A stretch of 64,000 bases of DNA. Source: an uncultured delta proteobacterium (GTDB lineage Bacteria > Desulfobacterota > Desulfuromonadia > Desulfuromonadales > JACZKF01). The position numbers and the translations under genes are program-made. Position 1 is the first letter of the stretch. Every line of letters starts with the position of its first letter. The stretch spans positions 224,001 through 288,000 of the forward strand of contig CAWFKQ010000007.1 of the NCBI GenBank assembly GCA_963816395.1, in the 5' to 3' direction. Of this stretch, positions 10,016-20,431 are shown piece by piece. Under the pieces are notes generated by a model. That model saw nothing but the letters and a program-made list of their open reading frames with translations, had not been told where the DNA came from and ran no database searches.

Positions 10016-10405
10016 TCAACCCTGCTGACGAAAGGCAATCTGCACCTGGTCCATGACCTCGCGGGTACGGACGTCCATCAAAATGACCGCGGACCCGGCG
10101 CGAAAACGCACATAGCCCGGCGGTAGAGAGGAAAGTTTCTCCATCAACGCCTGCGGCAGGGGCTCTCCGGCCAGGTCGGGAGGGACTTTGGCGGTAATCT
10201 CCAGGCGGTTTTGCAGTTCAGGAGCGAGCAACGAAGGATTGGCGATTCCCGGAGGAAAAGGATAGTTGCGATAATAATCGTGAATCAGCTGCCGGTCCCG
10301 GGGCGTGAACCGCACCACGGCCCCGGGCACCTGAGCCGGTGGCTCCTCCGGAATAGCGCATCCCAGCACGAACATCCCGATCATCCCCATCAGAACCGCT
10401 CGCAT
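10016..10405 (-). CDS. Predicted lipoprotein, RcnB-like C-terminal motif
   Basis: MRAVLMGMIGMFVLGC lipobox; DRQLIHDYY..PPG..LP..L..LPPGY..VILMD pattern. Confidence 0.65.
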   Translation of the reverse strand: MRAVLMGMIGMFVLGCAIPEEPPAQVPGAVVRFTPRDRQLIHDYYRNYPFPPGIANPSLLAPELQNRLEITAKVPPDLAGEPLPQALMEKLSSLPPGYVRFRAGSAVILMDVRTREVMDQVQIAFRQQG

Positions 10406-10561
10406 CTGCCGTTTCTCTCTTCCTGTTCTTTTGCCCTCCATTATACCCGGTATCCGCCGGTCCGGTTTCAGAGCGAAAGTGCTAGATCGGTCCGTCACCT
10501 TGATTTTTAGTTAAAATAATTTAAAATTCTGGGAGTCCCCTGGCCAAGGAGGAGTCTGTCG

Positions 10562-11842
10562 ATGGAAGCCGTATTGCCTCTGGACCGGACGGTCCGCACC
10601 AGTCTCGCCCTGCTCCATGATCTGCTGGGGAATTTGCATCTAGGTGAGATCGCTGTCCGCCTCTGGGATGGGACGCTGTGGAAAAATTCGTCGCACCCGC
10701 GCTGCACCCTGGTGCTGAAGAGTCCCGGGGCGCTGCGCCGGATGTTTTCACCACCCAGCCAGTTAGCCTTGGGTGAAGCTTACATTAACGACGATTTCGA
10801 TATCGAAGGAGATATCGAGGCAGGATTCACTCTGGCCGATTGCCTCTTCGAACTGCAATGGGGACTGCTGGAAAAGCTTCGTTTCGGCCGCTATCTTTGG
10901 AGTCTGCCTGCCGCCGGCCCGGCAGGTCGGGCGCAGCCGGCAAAACTCAGCGGCCGGGTCCATTCTCGAATGCGCGATGCCCAGGCGGTCCGCTTCCATT
11001 ACGACAGATCAAATGATTTTTTCCGCCTGTGGCTCGACCCCCGAATGATCTACTCCTGCGCCTACTTCAAAACGGCGGGAGAAAATCTGGAGGCGGCACA
11101 GGAGCATAAACTGGATTATCTCTGCCGCAAGCTGCGCCTGCAGGCAGGAGAGCAGTTGCTGGACATCGGCTGCGGCTGGGGCGGGCTGGTGATCCACGCC
11201 GCCCGTCATTACGGCGTGCGGGCACATGGCATCACCCTCAGCCGACCCCAAGCCGAGTTGGCCGGCGCACGCATTCGTGAGGCTGGACTGGAAGACCACT
11301 GCCGGGTGGAGGTGCTTGATTACCGAGACCTGCAGCGACCGAACTGCTATGATAAAATTGTTAGTGATGGCATGTTCGAGCACATCGGCGCAGCCCGTTT
11401 GCCGGATTACTTCAGCCAGACCTGGCGCCTGCTGCGGCCAGGAGGCACCTTCATCAATCACGGCATTGCCAGCAGTCTGGCTCACCCCCTATCGGCGAAT
11501 CCCTCCTTCATCGATCGTTACGTGTTCCCCGACAGCGAACTACCGTCGCTCACCGACACCCTCCGGGTGGCCGAAATGACCGGTTTCGAAGTCCGCGACG
11601 TAGAGAGTCTGCGGGAGCATTACACCATGACCCTGCGCCACTGGGTCCAGCGCCTCGAGCATTGCCGCGAGGAAGCGGTGCGGCTGACCGATGAGGCGAC
11701 CTACCGCATCTGGCGACTGTACATGGCCGGTTCCGCCCACGCTTTCAAAATGGGCCGCCTCAATATCTACCAGACCATGCTGGTCAAGGCCGACCTGGGT
11801 GACAGCGGACTACCGCTCAACCGGCAGGACTGGTATCAATGA
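10562..11842 (+). CDS. cfa: Cyclopropane-fatty-acyl-phospholipid synthase family methyltransferase
   Basis: HYDRSNDFF, YSCAYF, LLDIGCGWG, GMFEH, FIDRYVFP, YRIWRLYMAGSA. Confidence 0.92.
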   Translation: MEAVLPLDRTVRTSLALLHDLLGNLHLGEIAVRLWDGTLWKNSSHPRCTLVLKSPGALRRMFSPPSQLALGEAYINDDFDIEGDIEAGFTLADCLFELQWGLLEKLRFGRYLWSLPAAGPAGRAQPAKLSGRVHSRMRDAQAVRFHYDRSNDFFRLWLDPRMIYSCAYFKTAGENLEAAQEHKLDYLCRKLRLQAGEQLLDIGCGWGGLVIHAARHYGVRAHGITLSRPQAELAGARIREAGLEDHCRVEVLDYRDLQRPNCYDKIVSDGMFEHIGAARLPDYFSQTWRLLRPGGTFINHGIASSLAHPLSANPSFIDRYVFPDSELPSLTDTLRVAEMTGFEVRDVESLREHYTMTLRHWVQRLEHCREEAVRLTDEATYRIWRLYMAGSAHAFKMGRLNIYQTMLVKADLGDSGLPLNRQDWYQ

Positions 11843-11849
11843 GCAATGC

Positions 11850-13016
11850 TCAGGCAGCAGTCAACCAGTCCTGAATCTCCTTTTCGCGCGCCCCCCAGGA
11901 GCCTCCCAACCGCTCGTGCAGGAAGTCGAGATAGAGACTGTCGAACATCTGCAGGGCAGTCTCCAGCAGGTACATGCGCTCGAAAAATACCGCCTCCTTT
12001 TCCGCCGACTCGTCCACCCTGTCGTCTTTCTCCACTTTCACTCCCGGCGATTTGAGGGAGGCAAAATGAAACAACCCTCCCTTGAGGGTCAAACGCCAGG
12101 AATCCTCCCCTTTTTCCAGGTATAAAGTCGCGTCGGTGATCTGCTTCTCTTCCTGCAGTGCGGTGCATACCTCCCGGTACCGCCCCTGCGGACCGGCCAC
12201 CGTGACCTTCTGCACCCCGTCTTCACCGCCACCGAGCAGAATCAGTCGGTCGTTCAGATAAGCGACGAACGCCTCCCCATCCCCTGCCGGTCCCGGCCGG
12301 CTGATTCGGAATTCCCCCGTACCTTTCATCGTCTGGTGCATCAGCCAAAGCAGAAAATCGGCACCGAGCCACTGGTTCTCCTTAATCAGGTCGAGCACGG
12401 CGCCGCCCGCCGCCCGGTTGGCCTGACGCAAGGCGGATAGCAACTCGCCTTCCAGCAACAGCTCGGCGCGGGCAAAGGGATGCACCGGCACCAGGCGCAA
12501 ACCGTCGAAAGTGGTTCGGAAAAGGGAATCGAAAAGTTCCCCGACCTTGGAATTCAGACTCGACAGGGTGACCAGCCCGTTACGGAGATCCCAGACCGCA
12601 TCGTAAGTGGCGGGAGTCGGCAGAACGCGGGCCAGAAGACTGCCGCGTACGGCCTCGCGCAACTCCTCCCGCCGGGCCTTGGGGACCCGTTGCAGCCCCG
12701 GATTGGCCCGGAGGAATTCGTCCTGGGCCTGCTGAAAATACGAACGGAACAGCGGCCCGGGAATCCGCCGCTGGTCCCTGCGCAGGGTGAAAGTCAGGTA
12801 CTGGTCGCGGCAGAACGCCTGCGGGAAATCGAAAGTGCTTTCCCGCGGATCATCCAGGTGGACCCAGCCGACCGACAGTTCGTCGGTCGACTGGTCGATC
12901 GATCGGAACCCCTGGCGGGACAACCGCTCTCTGGCCCATTCGAAATCAACGGCAGGGGGCGGATCGCCAATCACCCGAAACTGACAAATGCTGACCGTAT
13001 TGGCAAGCAGGCCCAT
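11850..13016 (-). CDS. RdgC-like recombination-associated protein
   Basis: F.SID..DELSVGWV, FTLRRDQRRIP, LLARVLPTP..YDAVWD, G.DFLLWL pattern of deltaproteobacterial RdgC-like proteins. Confidence 0.7.
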   Translation of the reverse strand: MGLLANTVSICQFRVIGDPPPAVDFEWARERLSRQGFRSIDQSTDELSVGWVHLDDPRESTFDFPQAFCRDQYLTFTLRRDQRRIPGPLFRSYFQQAQDEFLRANPGLQRVPKARREELREAVRGSLLARVLPTPATYDAVWDLRNGLVTLSSLNSKVGELFDSLFRTTFDGLRLVPVHPFARAELLLEGELLSALRQANRAAGGAVLDLIKENQWLGADFLLWLMHQTMKGTGEFRISRPGPAGDGEAFVAYLNDRLILLGGGEDGVQKVTVAGPQGRYREVCTALQEEKQITDATLYLEKGEDSWRLTLKGGLFHFASLKSPGVKVEKDDRVDESAEKEAVFFERMYLLETALQMFDSLYLDFLHERLGGSWGAREKEIQDWLTAA

Positions 13017-13752
13017 GCAGATACTCCTCTGGCAAGTACTTGATAATGGAAAGACATGGCAGGAGAAGGCGACGGCTATATTCCTTGTGGCTGGCCGCCA
13101 GTTCCTCCAGGCGCTCTCGATCGAGCAGGGTGATTGATTTGCCGCTCACCTCGATCAGCGCATCATCGGATAGCTTACGCAGGGTTCGCGACAGAGTCTC
13201 GCTGACAGTACCGAGATTGGAGGCAAGTTGGGATTTGGAGATGGGCAGATCGACCCGGCTCTTTTGCGGCCCAGCCAGTTCCAGGATATAACGAGCCAGA
13301 CGGGAAGGAACATCCTTGAAGGTAAGCTCCTCAATCTGTGCCGCGAACTGACGGAGAAATTTTGAAAGGCCGGCGATCATGTTGATGGCGATCTGTGCAT
13401 GTTCGTGCAGAAGCTGCAGAAATTCCCGTTTGGGAAAGAAGATCAGTTGCGATTTTTCCAGCGGCTCGGCATAAGCCGGATACTGGCCGCTGCCGAAGAT
13501 GGCTGCCTCAGCGAAGGTACCGCCCGGATGGACGATGTGCAGAATTCTCTCCTTGCCGTCGGGGGAGAGTTTATAGATTTTTACCTTTCCGGTGGCAATT
13601 ACAAAGAATCCCTGGGCCTCCTCCCCTTCGGAAAACAGCAGCTCTCCCTTCGCATATTGACGGGAGCGGCTGATCCGCTCAAGGGATTCCAGGTCCTCAG
13701 AGGTGGTACCGGCAAACATAGGGCAATTTTTGATAAAGGCTCCGGAATTCAT
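12946..13752 (-). CDS. Crp/Fnr family transcriptional regulator (true stop probably near 13077)
   Basis: cNMP-binding domain (LFSEGE, GKVKIYK, FAEAA) and HTH LASNLGTVSETLSR; the C-terminal ~40 aa look like indel read-through. Confidence 0.9.
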   Translation of the reverse strand: MNSGAFIKNCPMFAGTTSEDLESLERISRSRQYAKGELLFSEGEEAQGFFVIATGKVKIYKLSPDGKERILHIVHPGGTFAEAAIFGSGQYPAYAEPLEKSQLIFFPKREFLQLLHEHAQIAINMIAGLSKFLRQFAAQIEELTFKDVPSRLARYILELAGPQKSRVDLPISKSQLASNLGTVSETLSRTLRKLSDDALIEVSGKSITLLDRERLEELAASHKEYSRRLLLPCLSIIKYLPEEYLHGPACQYGQHLSVSGDWRSAPCR

Positions 13753-13873
13753 GGCTAGGGAGTGTAGCAGATGCCAGGGTTACTGGCAAGAGATAGGGAA
13801 GGAAGGTTCAGCTTTTCACTGGAGAAATGAACAGCGCCGGGCTATTCTACGGGCAATTTCCAAGGAGGTTCCC

Positions 13874-14185
13874 ATGAGAAAACTGTGTTTTCTTCTGTTC
13901 CTGCTGATCCTGCCCGCTGGCAGCGGTCTAGCGACCGAAGGCCCCTCGGTCGATCTGGGAAAACGGCTGTTCGCGTCGCCGGCCCTCGGCAGCAATGGGA
14001 AAAGCTGTACCAGCTGTCATCCCGGGGGTAAGGGGCTAGAGGGGAGCGGCGCCTATGATGATAACCGGCTCAAGGAGGTGATCAACGCCTGCATCCGCCA
14101 GGCTCTCCAGGGGAGACCCCTGGCCATCGAGTCGCAGGAACTCGACTCGATGCTCCTCTACCTGCGGGCCATGGCAGGGAGATAG
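13874..14185 (+). CDS. Secreted monoheme c-type cytochrome
   Basis: SD AAGGAGG, signal peptide MRKLCFLLFLLILPAG, single CTSCH heme motif. Confidence 0.88.
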   Translation: MRKLCFLLFLLILPAGSGLATEGPSVDLGKRLFASPALGSNGKSCTSCHPGGKGLEGSGAYDDNRLKEVINACIRQALQGRPLAIESQELDSMLLYLRAMAGR

Positions 14186-14191
14186 ACGTCT

Positions 14192-14584
14192 TCAGCAGCC
14201 ACACCCGCAATTGTGGCAGACGCGTTTGTTGCTCCCCTCCGGCTCGATCGTTTCCGGAGCGAAGGCGACGCGGTTAATCCCGCGGCGGATGTCCTCCAGC
14301 AGGTCGCAGTCGGGGCTGGCACCAATGATGTGCCCCAGGCAGAGATTGGCAATGCTGTCCTGCGGCGAGCGGATGCGGACGCAGTTCAGCAGATCTCCGT
14401 AGCCTTTCACCTCCAAGGTGAGACTGACGTCATCCTGGCGGTTCAGGCGGATGCCGAAGCGCCCGAGTTCCGCCGCCAGATCGTGAAAGAACCCAGCCAG
14501 CAAATGGTCATCAATGTCATATTGCCAGTCGCCGCGCGGGAACCGCCGGCCATAGAAAACAATTGTAATTTCCTTCTCGTTCAT
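14192..14584 (-). CDS. Hypothetical protein with C-terminal CHNCGCGC
   Basis: Clean 130-aa ORF in the minus-strand operon; Cys-rich tail. Confidence 0.75.
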   Translation of the reverse strand: MNEKEITIVFYGRRFPRGDWQYDIDDHLLAGFFHDLAAELGRFGIRLNRQDDVSLTLEVKGYGDLLNCVRIRSPQDSIANLCLGHIIGASPDCDLLEDIRRGINRVAFAPETIEPEGSNKRVCHNCGCGC

Positions 14585-14596
14585 TCCAGCTCTCGT

Positions 14597-15002
14597 TCAC
14601 TGTCCCGGCGGCGGAAGCAGTCGCACCCCCGGCGTGTCGCCGCTCGCCGGGTCGAGGGGAACCCGACGCAGGGTTACTGTTTTCAGGCCCTCTTCCCCCG
14701 GCCGGAGGAACTCCAGGGTTACTGGTGCCCCCGCCTTTCCCCACAGGTATTGGGCGGCCACCTCGCTGAAATCGCTTCCGCGCAGAGGGAAATCGTCGAC
14801 CTTGACAACCAGGTCGCCGGGGCTCAGGCCAGCCGACGGCCGCCGGGCTATCCGCCACCACCTTGAGGACCACCAGTTCGCCGTCGGCGGTGGGAACCAC
14901 CGCCAGGCCGATGCCGCCGAACGGCTTCTCACCGCCGGCCGCGGCTCCGGCAAGGAGCATGACCGCCAGCACAATAAACATCAGGAGGCGCATCCGCCGC
15001 AT
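14597..15002 (-). CDS. Secreted PDZ-domain protein, frameshift near 14835
   Basis: Signal peptide then FGGIGL..VV..SPA / AGLSPGDLVVKVD..GKAG.PVTL. Confidence 0.82.
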
Positions 15003-15015
15003 CAAACATCATCCT

Positions 15016-15630
15016 TCACAGCTGGTGAATCCAGGAGGTATCACCGCTTCCCTGCCGCAAAATCTCCACCCGGTCATTGACCAGGCTGATCACCGTAGAG
15101 GGGTCGCCCAGGCGGATTCCGCCATCCACCACCAGGTCGAGTTGATGCCCCATCGTCTCCTCGATGGTCGCCGGATCCTGCACGGGCTCTTCGCCGCTCG
15201 GGTTAGCGCTTGTGGTCACCAGGGGATGCCCGAGTTCACGCACGACGGCCAAGGCTATCGGATCATCGGGAATGCGGATTCCCACCGTTCGCTGGCGGGT
15301 GGTGAGAAGGTCGGGAACGACCCGCGTCGCCTCGAGGACGAAGGTGAAGGGCCCGGGCAGCTGACGCTTCATGGTCTTGAAGGCGAAGTTGCTGACCTGG
15401 GCGTAATTGGCGGCATCCGACAGATCTGCGCAGATGAAGGAAAACGGCTTGCGGGGGTCGCGCTGTTTGATCTGATAGATCTTTTTGACCCCCTTTTTGT
15501 TGAAGATGTCACAACCGATGCCGTAGATGGTATCGGTGGGATAGGCGATCACGCCGCCTTCCTTCAAAATTTCGACTACCCGATGGATTAGGCGAAGCTG
15601 CGGATTCTGCGGATTGATGGAGAGCAGCAT
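15016..15630 (-). CDS. Sua5/YciO/YrdC family (threonylcarbamoyl-AMP synthase-like)
   Basis: GGVIAYPTDTIYGIGC, PGPFT, TVGIRIP, TTSAN, PSTV. Confidence 0.92.
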   Translation of the reverse strand: MLLSINPQNPQLRLIHRVVEILKEGGVIAYPTDTIYGIGCDIFNKKGVKKIYQIKQRDPRKPFSFICADLSDAANYAQVSNFAFKTMKRQLPGPFTFVLEATRVVPDLLTTRQRTVGIRIPDDPIALAVVRELGHPLVTTSANPSGEEPVQDPATIEETMGHQLDLVVDGGIRLGDPSTVISLVNDRVEILRQGSGDTSWIHQL

Positions 15631-15724
15631 ACGATCGTCCCTCCCTGGGGCAATCAAGGCCTCCTAAAGGCCGAAATGGTGCAAGTATACCCGATTTGAC
15701 CGGCCGCGGGGGAGAGGCGGGCGG

Positions 15725-16003
15725 TCACAGGAGATATTTCAGATCTTTTACCCCTTCCAGAGCGGCATAGATGGCCTGCAACTGAGCCATATTCTGCAAC
15801 CGCACGATCACCGAGACGCACAGGTAGGAATTCTCGGCGCTCGGCCGCAGGCGCAGAGCGTCGAGCGGCACGGGAAGAACGCTGCCGACGGCACTCCTTA
15901 CCGCCTCAGCAAAGGCGGGCTCATTCGGCCCGAAAGCCTTGAACATGTAGTCGCAGGGGAATGAAAGCAGCTCTGCCAAACGTCGCTGGCGGTCCATGTT
16001 CAT
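15725..16003 (-). CDS. YbeD/DUF493 family protein
   Basis: [29 protein letters not shown] pattern. Confidence 0.85.
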   Translation of the reverse strand: MNMDRQRRLAELLSFPCDYMFKAFGPNEPAFAEAVRSAVGSVLPVPLDALRLRPSAENSYLCVSVIVRLQNMAQLQAIYAALEGVKDLKYLL

Positions 16004-16455
16004 CCCTTCCGGCGCAAGCCGGTATGGCCGAACCCTCCATCGTTGCGCTGCGTCTCGTCCAGGCTCTCGACCAGGGACAGGGCAGCACGCTGCACGGGTG
16101 CGATGATCAGTTGGGCAATCCGGTCGCCGGATTCGACCACAACTTCTTCAGTGCCGAGGTTGATGAGAATAACACCGATCTCTCCTCGGTAATCGGCATC
16201 GATGGTGCCGGGGGTATTGACCATGGAAACCCCTTTTCTCAGAGCCAGACCGGAGCGGGGGCGAACTTGCCCCTCATAGCCGGCGGGGATGGCCATGGCG
16301 ATACCGGTCGGCACCAGCGCCCGTTCCCCGGGGAGCAGACGCAACGGAATCTCCAGCGCCGCGTGCAGATCCATGCCGGCGGCACCTTCGGTCATATACC
16401 GGGGAACAACGGCGGTTTCCCGCATCTTTTTGATCCTGATCTCGATCGGTTGCAA
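16000..16455 (-). CDS. dut: dUTP diphosphatase
   Basis: [37 protein letters not shown]. Confidence 0.97.
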   Translation of the reverse strand: MQPIEIRIKKMRETAVVPRYMTEGAAGMDLHAALEIPLRLLPGERALVPTGIAMAIPAGYEGQVRPRSGLALRKGVSMVNTPGTIDADYRGEIGVILINLGTEEVVVESGDRIAQLIIAPVQRAALSLVESLDETQRNDGGFGHTGLRRKG

Positions 16456-16475
16456 AGCCCCCCTTCCCTCCCTGA

Positions 16476-17753
16476 TCAGGTTTCGAGCGTCAGGTCGAGG
16501 GATTTCAAATCCGTTTCTCCGACCCTGCCGATCACCTGCAGATTGAGGTATTCGTCCATCAAGATGGCGGCCGCAACCTCCCGCACACCTTCCGCGGTTA
16601 CCTTGCTGATACCACTGAGAACTTCCTTCGTCGGCTGCTGCCGTCCCAGGTAAATCTCGTTCTTGGCTATCCGGGTCATGCGATTATCGGTACTCTCCAG
16701 TGAAAGCAGGAGATTGCCCTTAAGCTGATCCTTAGCTGCCTGAAGTTCCTCTTCGGGAACCACATCGCAGCGCAACCGGCGCAGTTCGTTGAGCATGATA
16801 CGGATGACTTTGTGGGTATCGGCAGGAGAAGTGCCGGAATAAGTAACCAGGGAGCCGGCATCGGAGTGGCAGTTGAGGTAGCTGTAAATGGAGTAGGCGA
16901 GCCCCTGCTCCTCGCGGATTTTCTGGAAGAGGCGGGAACTCATGCTCCCGCCGAGGATTGAATTGAGCAGATAGGATTCGTAACGTTGGGGGTGATTCTG
17001 CGGCAGGGCTCTGGTTCCGAGGCAGATGTGGATCTGCTCGAGATCCTTTTCGTCGATACCGACCCCCCGCCGATAGGAGGAAAATGGCCGGGGAGAAACC
17101 CGCAGGCCGGACGCCACTCCGGTAAAGGCGGTGGCGATCGCGTCGACAATCTGCTCATGCTCGAGATTGCCGGCGGCGCTGATCAGAATGTTGTCTCCGC
17201 AGTAGCGCTCCGCCAGAAAACCTTGTAATTCTTCGCGGCTGATCCCATCCACCGTTTCCCGGGTGCCCAGGACGGGAAAACCGAGGGGATGGTCCTTCCA
17301 GATCATCTGGCTGAAGAGATCATGGATATAGTCATCGGGGGTATCCTCCAGCATGTGAATCTCCTGGAGGATGACCCTGCGCTCCTTCTCCATTTCTTCC
17401 CGATCGAAAACGGAATGGAGCACGATATCGGAAAGGAGATCGATAGCCATGGGCAGCTTATTGGCCAGCACCTTGGCGTAGTAGCAGCTGTATTCGCGGC
17501 TGGTAAAGCCGTTCAGCACTCCCCCGGCCGAATCGATTTCCTTGGCGATTTCAAGAGCACTGCGGCGATCGGTCCCCTTGAACAGCATGTGCTCGACGAA
17601 GTGGGAGATTCCGTGCTGCGCCGGCCTCTCGTGCCGCGATCCGTTTTCAACCCAGAAGCCAACGGTTACTGAGTGGGCCGGAGATATCTTCTCGGTAACG
17701 ACACGAATGCCGTTACCGAGTGTCGTTTTACGCACTAGCCGTTCCGTCTGCAC
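16476..17753 (-). CDS. M16 family zinc peptidase
   Basis: [11 protein letters not shown] inverted zincin motif; [13 protein letters not shown]; usual position downstream of pnp. Confidence 0.95.
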   Translation of the reverse strand: MQTERLVRKTTLGNGIRVVTEKISPAHSVTVGFWVENGSRHERPAQHGISHFVEHMLFKGTDRRSALEIAKEIDSAGGVLNGFTSREYSCYYAKVLANKLPMAIDLLSDIVLHSVFDREEMEKERRVILQEIHMLEDTPDDYIHDLFSQMIWKDHPLGFPVLGTRETVDGISREELQGFLAERYCGDNILISAAGNLEHEQIVDAIATAFTGVASGLRVSPRPFSSYRRGVGIDEKDLEQIHICLGTRALPQNHPQRYESYLLNSILGGSMSSRLFQKIREEQGLAYSIYSYLNCHSDAGSLVTYSGTSPADTHKVIRIMLNELRRLRCDVVPEEELQAAKDQLKGNLLLSLESTDNRMTRIAKNEIYLGRQQPTKEVLSGISKVTAEGVREVAAAILMDEYLNLQVIGRVGETDLKSLDLTLET

Positions 17754-19854
17754 CTAGGCCTCTTCCAGGGTCTGGCCCAGGGCCTCCTTACGGGAAAGTT
17801 TGATTTTCCCCTGCTTGTCGATGCCGATGCATTTGACCAGGACCTGGTCTCCTTCGTTGAGAATGTCGGTGACATTGCGCACTCTTTCCTTGTCGAGTTC
17901 CGAGACATGGACCAAGCCGTCCGTGCCGGGGAAAATCTCGACAAAGGCACCGAACTCCATCACTTTCCTGACCGTCCCCATATACAGTTTACCAACTTCG
18001 GCTTCCTGGGTAAGGTCCCGGATCATCTTGATCGCCTGACGGCATGCATCCCCATCGGCAGAAGCGATATGGATCCTTCCGTCATCTTCAATGTCGATAG
18101 CGCATCCGGTCGCCTCGATGATCGAGCGGACATTCTTACCGCCAGAACCGATCACCACCCGCACCTGATCGGGCTTGACATGGATGGTGGTAATACGCGG
18201 CGCATAGGGGGAGAGATCGGGCCGCGGGGCGGCGATCGTCTCGGCCATCTTGCCGAGAATGTGGATGCGCCCTTCCCTGGCCTGCTCCAGCGCCTGCTGC
18301 ATGATCTCCCGATTGACGCCGGTGATTTTGATGTCCATCTGCAGGGCGGTAACGCCCTTGTCGGAGCCGGTGACCTTGAAATCCATATCCCCGAGATGAT
18401 CTTCATCCCCGAGGATATCGGAAAGGACGGCCACCTGGTCCCCTTCTTTGATCAGCCCCATGGCAATGCCGGCGACTGAACCGGTCACCGGAACCCCGGC
18501 ATCCATCAGGGCCAGGGTGGAACCGCAGACCGAAGCCATGGAGGAAGAACCGTTCGACTCCAGAATGTCGGAGACGATACGGATGGTATACGGGAACGCC
18601 TCATGTTTGGGCAGGATCTTGGCGACGGAGCGCTCGGCCAGGTACCCGTGGCCGATCTCGCGGCGACCGGGGAACAGGCGCATGCTGGTCTCCCCGACGC
18701 TGAACGGAGGGAAATTGTAGTGCAGCAGGAACTTCTTGAACTCCATCCCCTGCACATTGTCCATGCGCTGCTCGTCCATCGAGGTCCCCAGGGCGACGGC
18801 CACCAGGGCCTGGGTCTCGCCGCGGGTGAAAAGCGCACTGCCATGGGCGCGGGGAAGCAGCCCCACTTCATTGGTGATCGGCCGCACGGTGCGCATGTCG
18901 CGGCCGTCGATGCGCACCTTGTCGCGGATGATCATCTGCCGCACAATCCGCTTCTCGACCTTGCCGAGCAGAGCGGCGATTTCTCCCTGCCGCCCTTCGA
19001 ACTCGGCTGGCCAGCGCCTCCATGCACTTCGTCCTTGACCTGGTCGACGGCGGCATAGCGCTCCTGCTTGGTGCGAATGCTGCACGGCGCTGTCGATTTT
19101 CTCCTCGGCCAGGGCGTTGACCCTGGCTTCCAGGCTCGGGATCGATACCGGGGACGGCAAATTCGCGCTTGGTGTTGCCGACCAGTTCCCGCAATTTGAC
19201 CTGGGCCTCGATCAGCGGCTGAAGCGACTGATGGCCGAAGAAGATCGCCTCCAGCATGTCGTTCTCGGACAGGAAGTCAGCCTCCCCCTCGACCATGATG
19301 ACGGCATCCCTGGAGCCGGCGACAATGATCTCGAGATCGCTCTCGGCGATCTGCTGCCGCGTTGGGTTGGCGATCCATTTGCCCTCTACCCGGCCGACGC
19401 GGACAGCGGCGATCGGCCCGGCGAAGGGGATATCGGAAACTTCGACGGCAGCCGAAGCAGCGACAATGGCGAGGGTATCAGGGTCGTTGATCAGGTCGGC
19501 GGAGATGACCGTCGGCATGATTTGAGTCTCGAACATATACCCTTTAGGGAAGAGCGGCCGCATCGGCCGGTCGATGAGACGGCAGATCAGCGTTTCGCGC
19601 TCGGTGGCGCCGCGCTCGCGGCGAAAGAACGATCCGGGAATCTTGCCGGCGGCGTAGAATTTTTCCTGATAGTTGACGGTCAGGGGGAAAAATCCCTGCC
19701 CTTCCCGCATCTGCTTGGCAGAGACGGCGGTGCACAGGACTTTGGTGCCGCCGTAGGTAACCACCGTGGCGCCGTCCGCCTGCCGGGCCATTTTCCCCGT
19801 CTCAATGGTCAGGGGCTGTCCGTTGAAATCGATTTCAATCTTTTGAAAAGCCAT
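17754..19854 (-). CDS. pnp: Polyribonucleotide nucleotidyltransferase, frameshifts around 19010-19140
   Basis: [46 protein letters not shown] and S1 domains. Confidence 0.97.
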
Positions 19855-19917
19855 GGTTTTCTCCTTTTCGGGCGGGCATCTCCGTCCGCGCCACTTCGTA
19901 AATTCCTTTGAACTTAA

Positions 19918-20013
19918 CAAAAAATGGCTATAGGAGGGTGGCCTGAGACAGCGCCCGCCGACCTTCCAAGTGGCCGGCCAGACCCTCTCTCCGGACATCC
20001 TCCAGAGCCATTT
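19918..20013 (-). promoter_or_regulatory. Long stem-loop in pnp leader (putative RNase III site)
   Basis: Minus strand AAAATGGCT..GAGGGT..GGCC / GGCC-ACCCTC..AGCCATTTT pairs; position matches the known pnp leader hairpin. Confidence 0.55.
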
Positions 20014-20069
20014 TGCTGAAAAACCGAGGGCAGCAGCCCTTTGCCTCGGCAAGAGCGTGCTGCCCAAAG

Positions 20070-20336
20070 TTATCTGCGGATTCCCAATTCTCGGATGACT
20101 GAGCGGTAACGTTCCACATCCTTGTTTTTAAGATAGTCGAGAAGTCGCCGCCTCTGCCCGACGATCTTGAGAAGCCCCCGACGGGAATGATGGTCTTTCT
20201 TGTGGGTCCGGAAATGTTCAGTCAGATACGTGATGCGCTCGGAAAGGAGCGCGATCTGCACTTCCGGAGAGCCGGTGTCTCCCTCGTGGGTCTTGAATTG
20301 ATTGATGATTTCCTGCTTTCGTTCCGTGGCCAGCAC
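20070..20336 (-). CDS. rpsO: 30S ribosomal protein S15
   Basis: [32 protein letters not shown] before GTG. Confidence 0.98.
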   Translation of the reverse strand: MLATERKQEIINQFKTHEGDTGSPEVQIALLSERITYLTEHFRTHKKDHHSRRGLLKIVGQRRRLLDYLKNKDVERYRSVIRELGIRR

Positions 20337-20431
20337 TGTGCCACCTCCTTTCACATGATGTTTTCAGGTACCGCCGTTGTTCGGCTGGAAAAGCATTATT
20401 TATCATAAAACCTAATGGCTGTAAAGGGATA

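Noticed and set aside
12946..13077. C-terminal extension of the Crp regulator overlapping the rdgC-like gene
   Set aside because: Low-quality tail that covers the next gene's SD and start; probably a stop lost to a sequencing error
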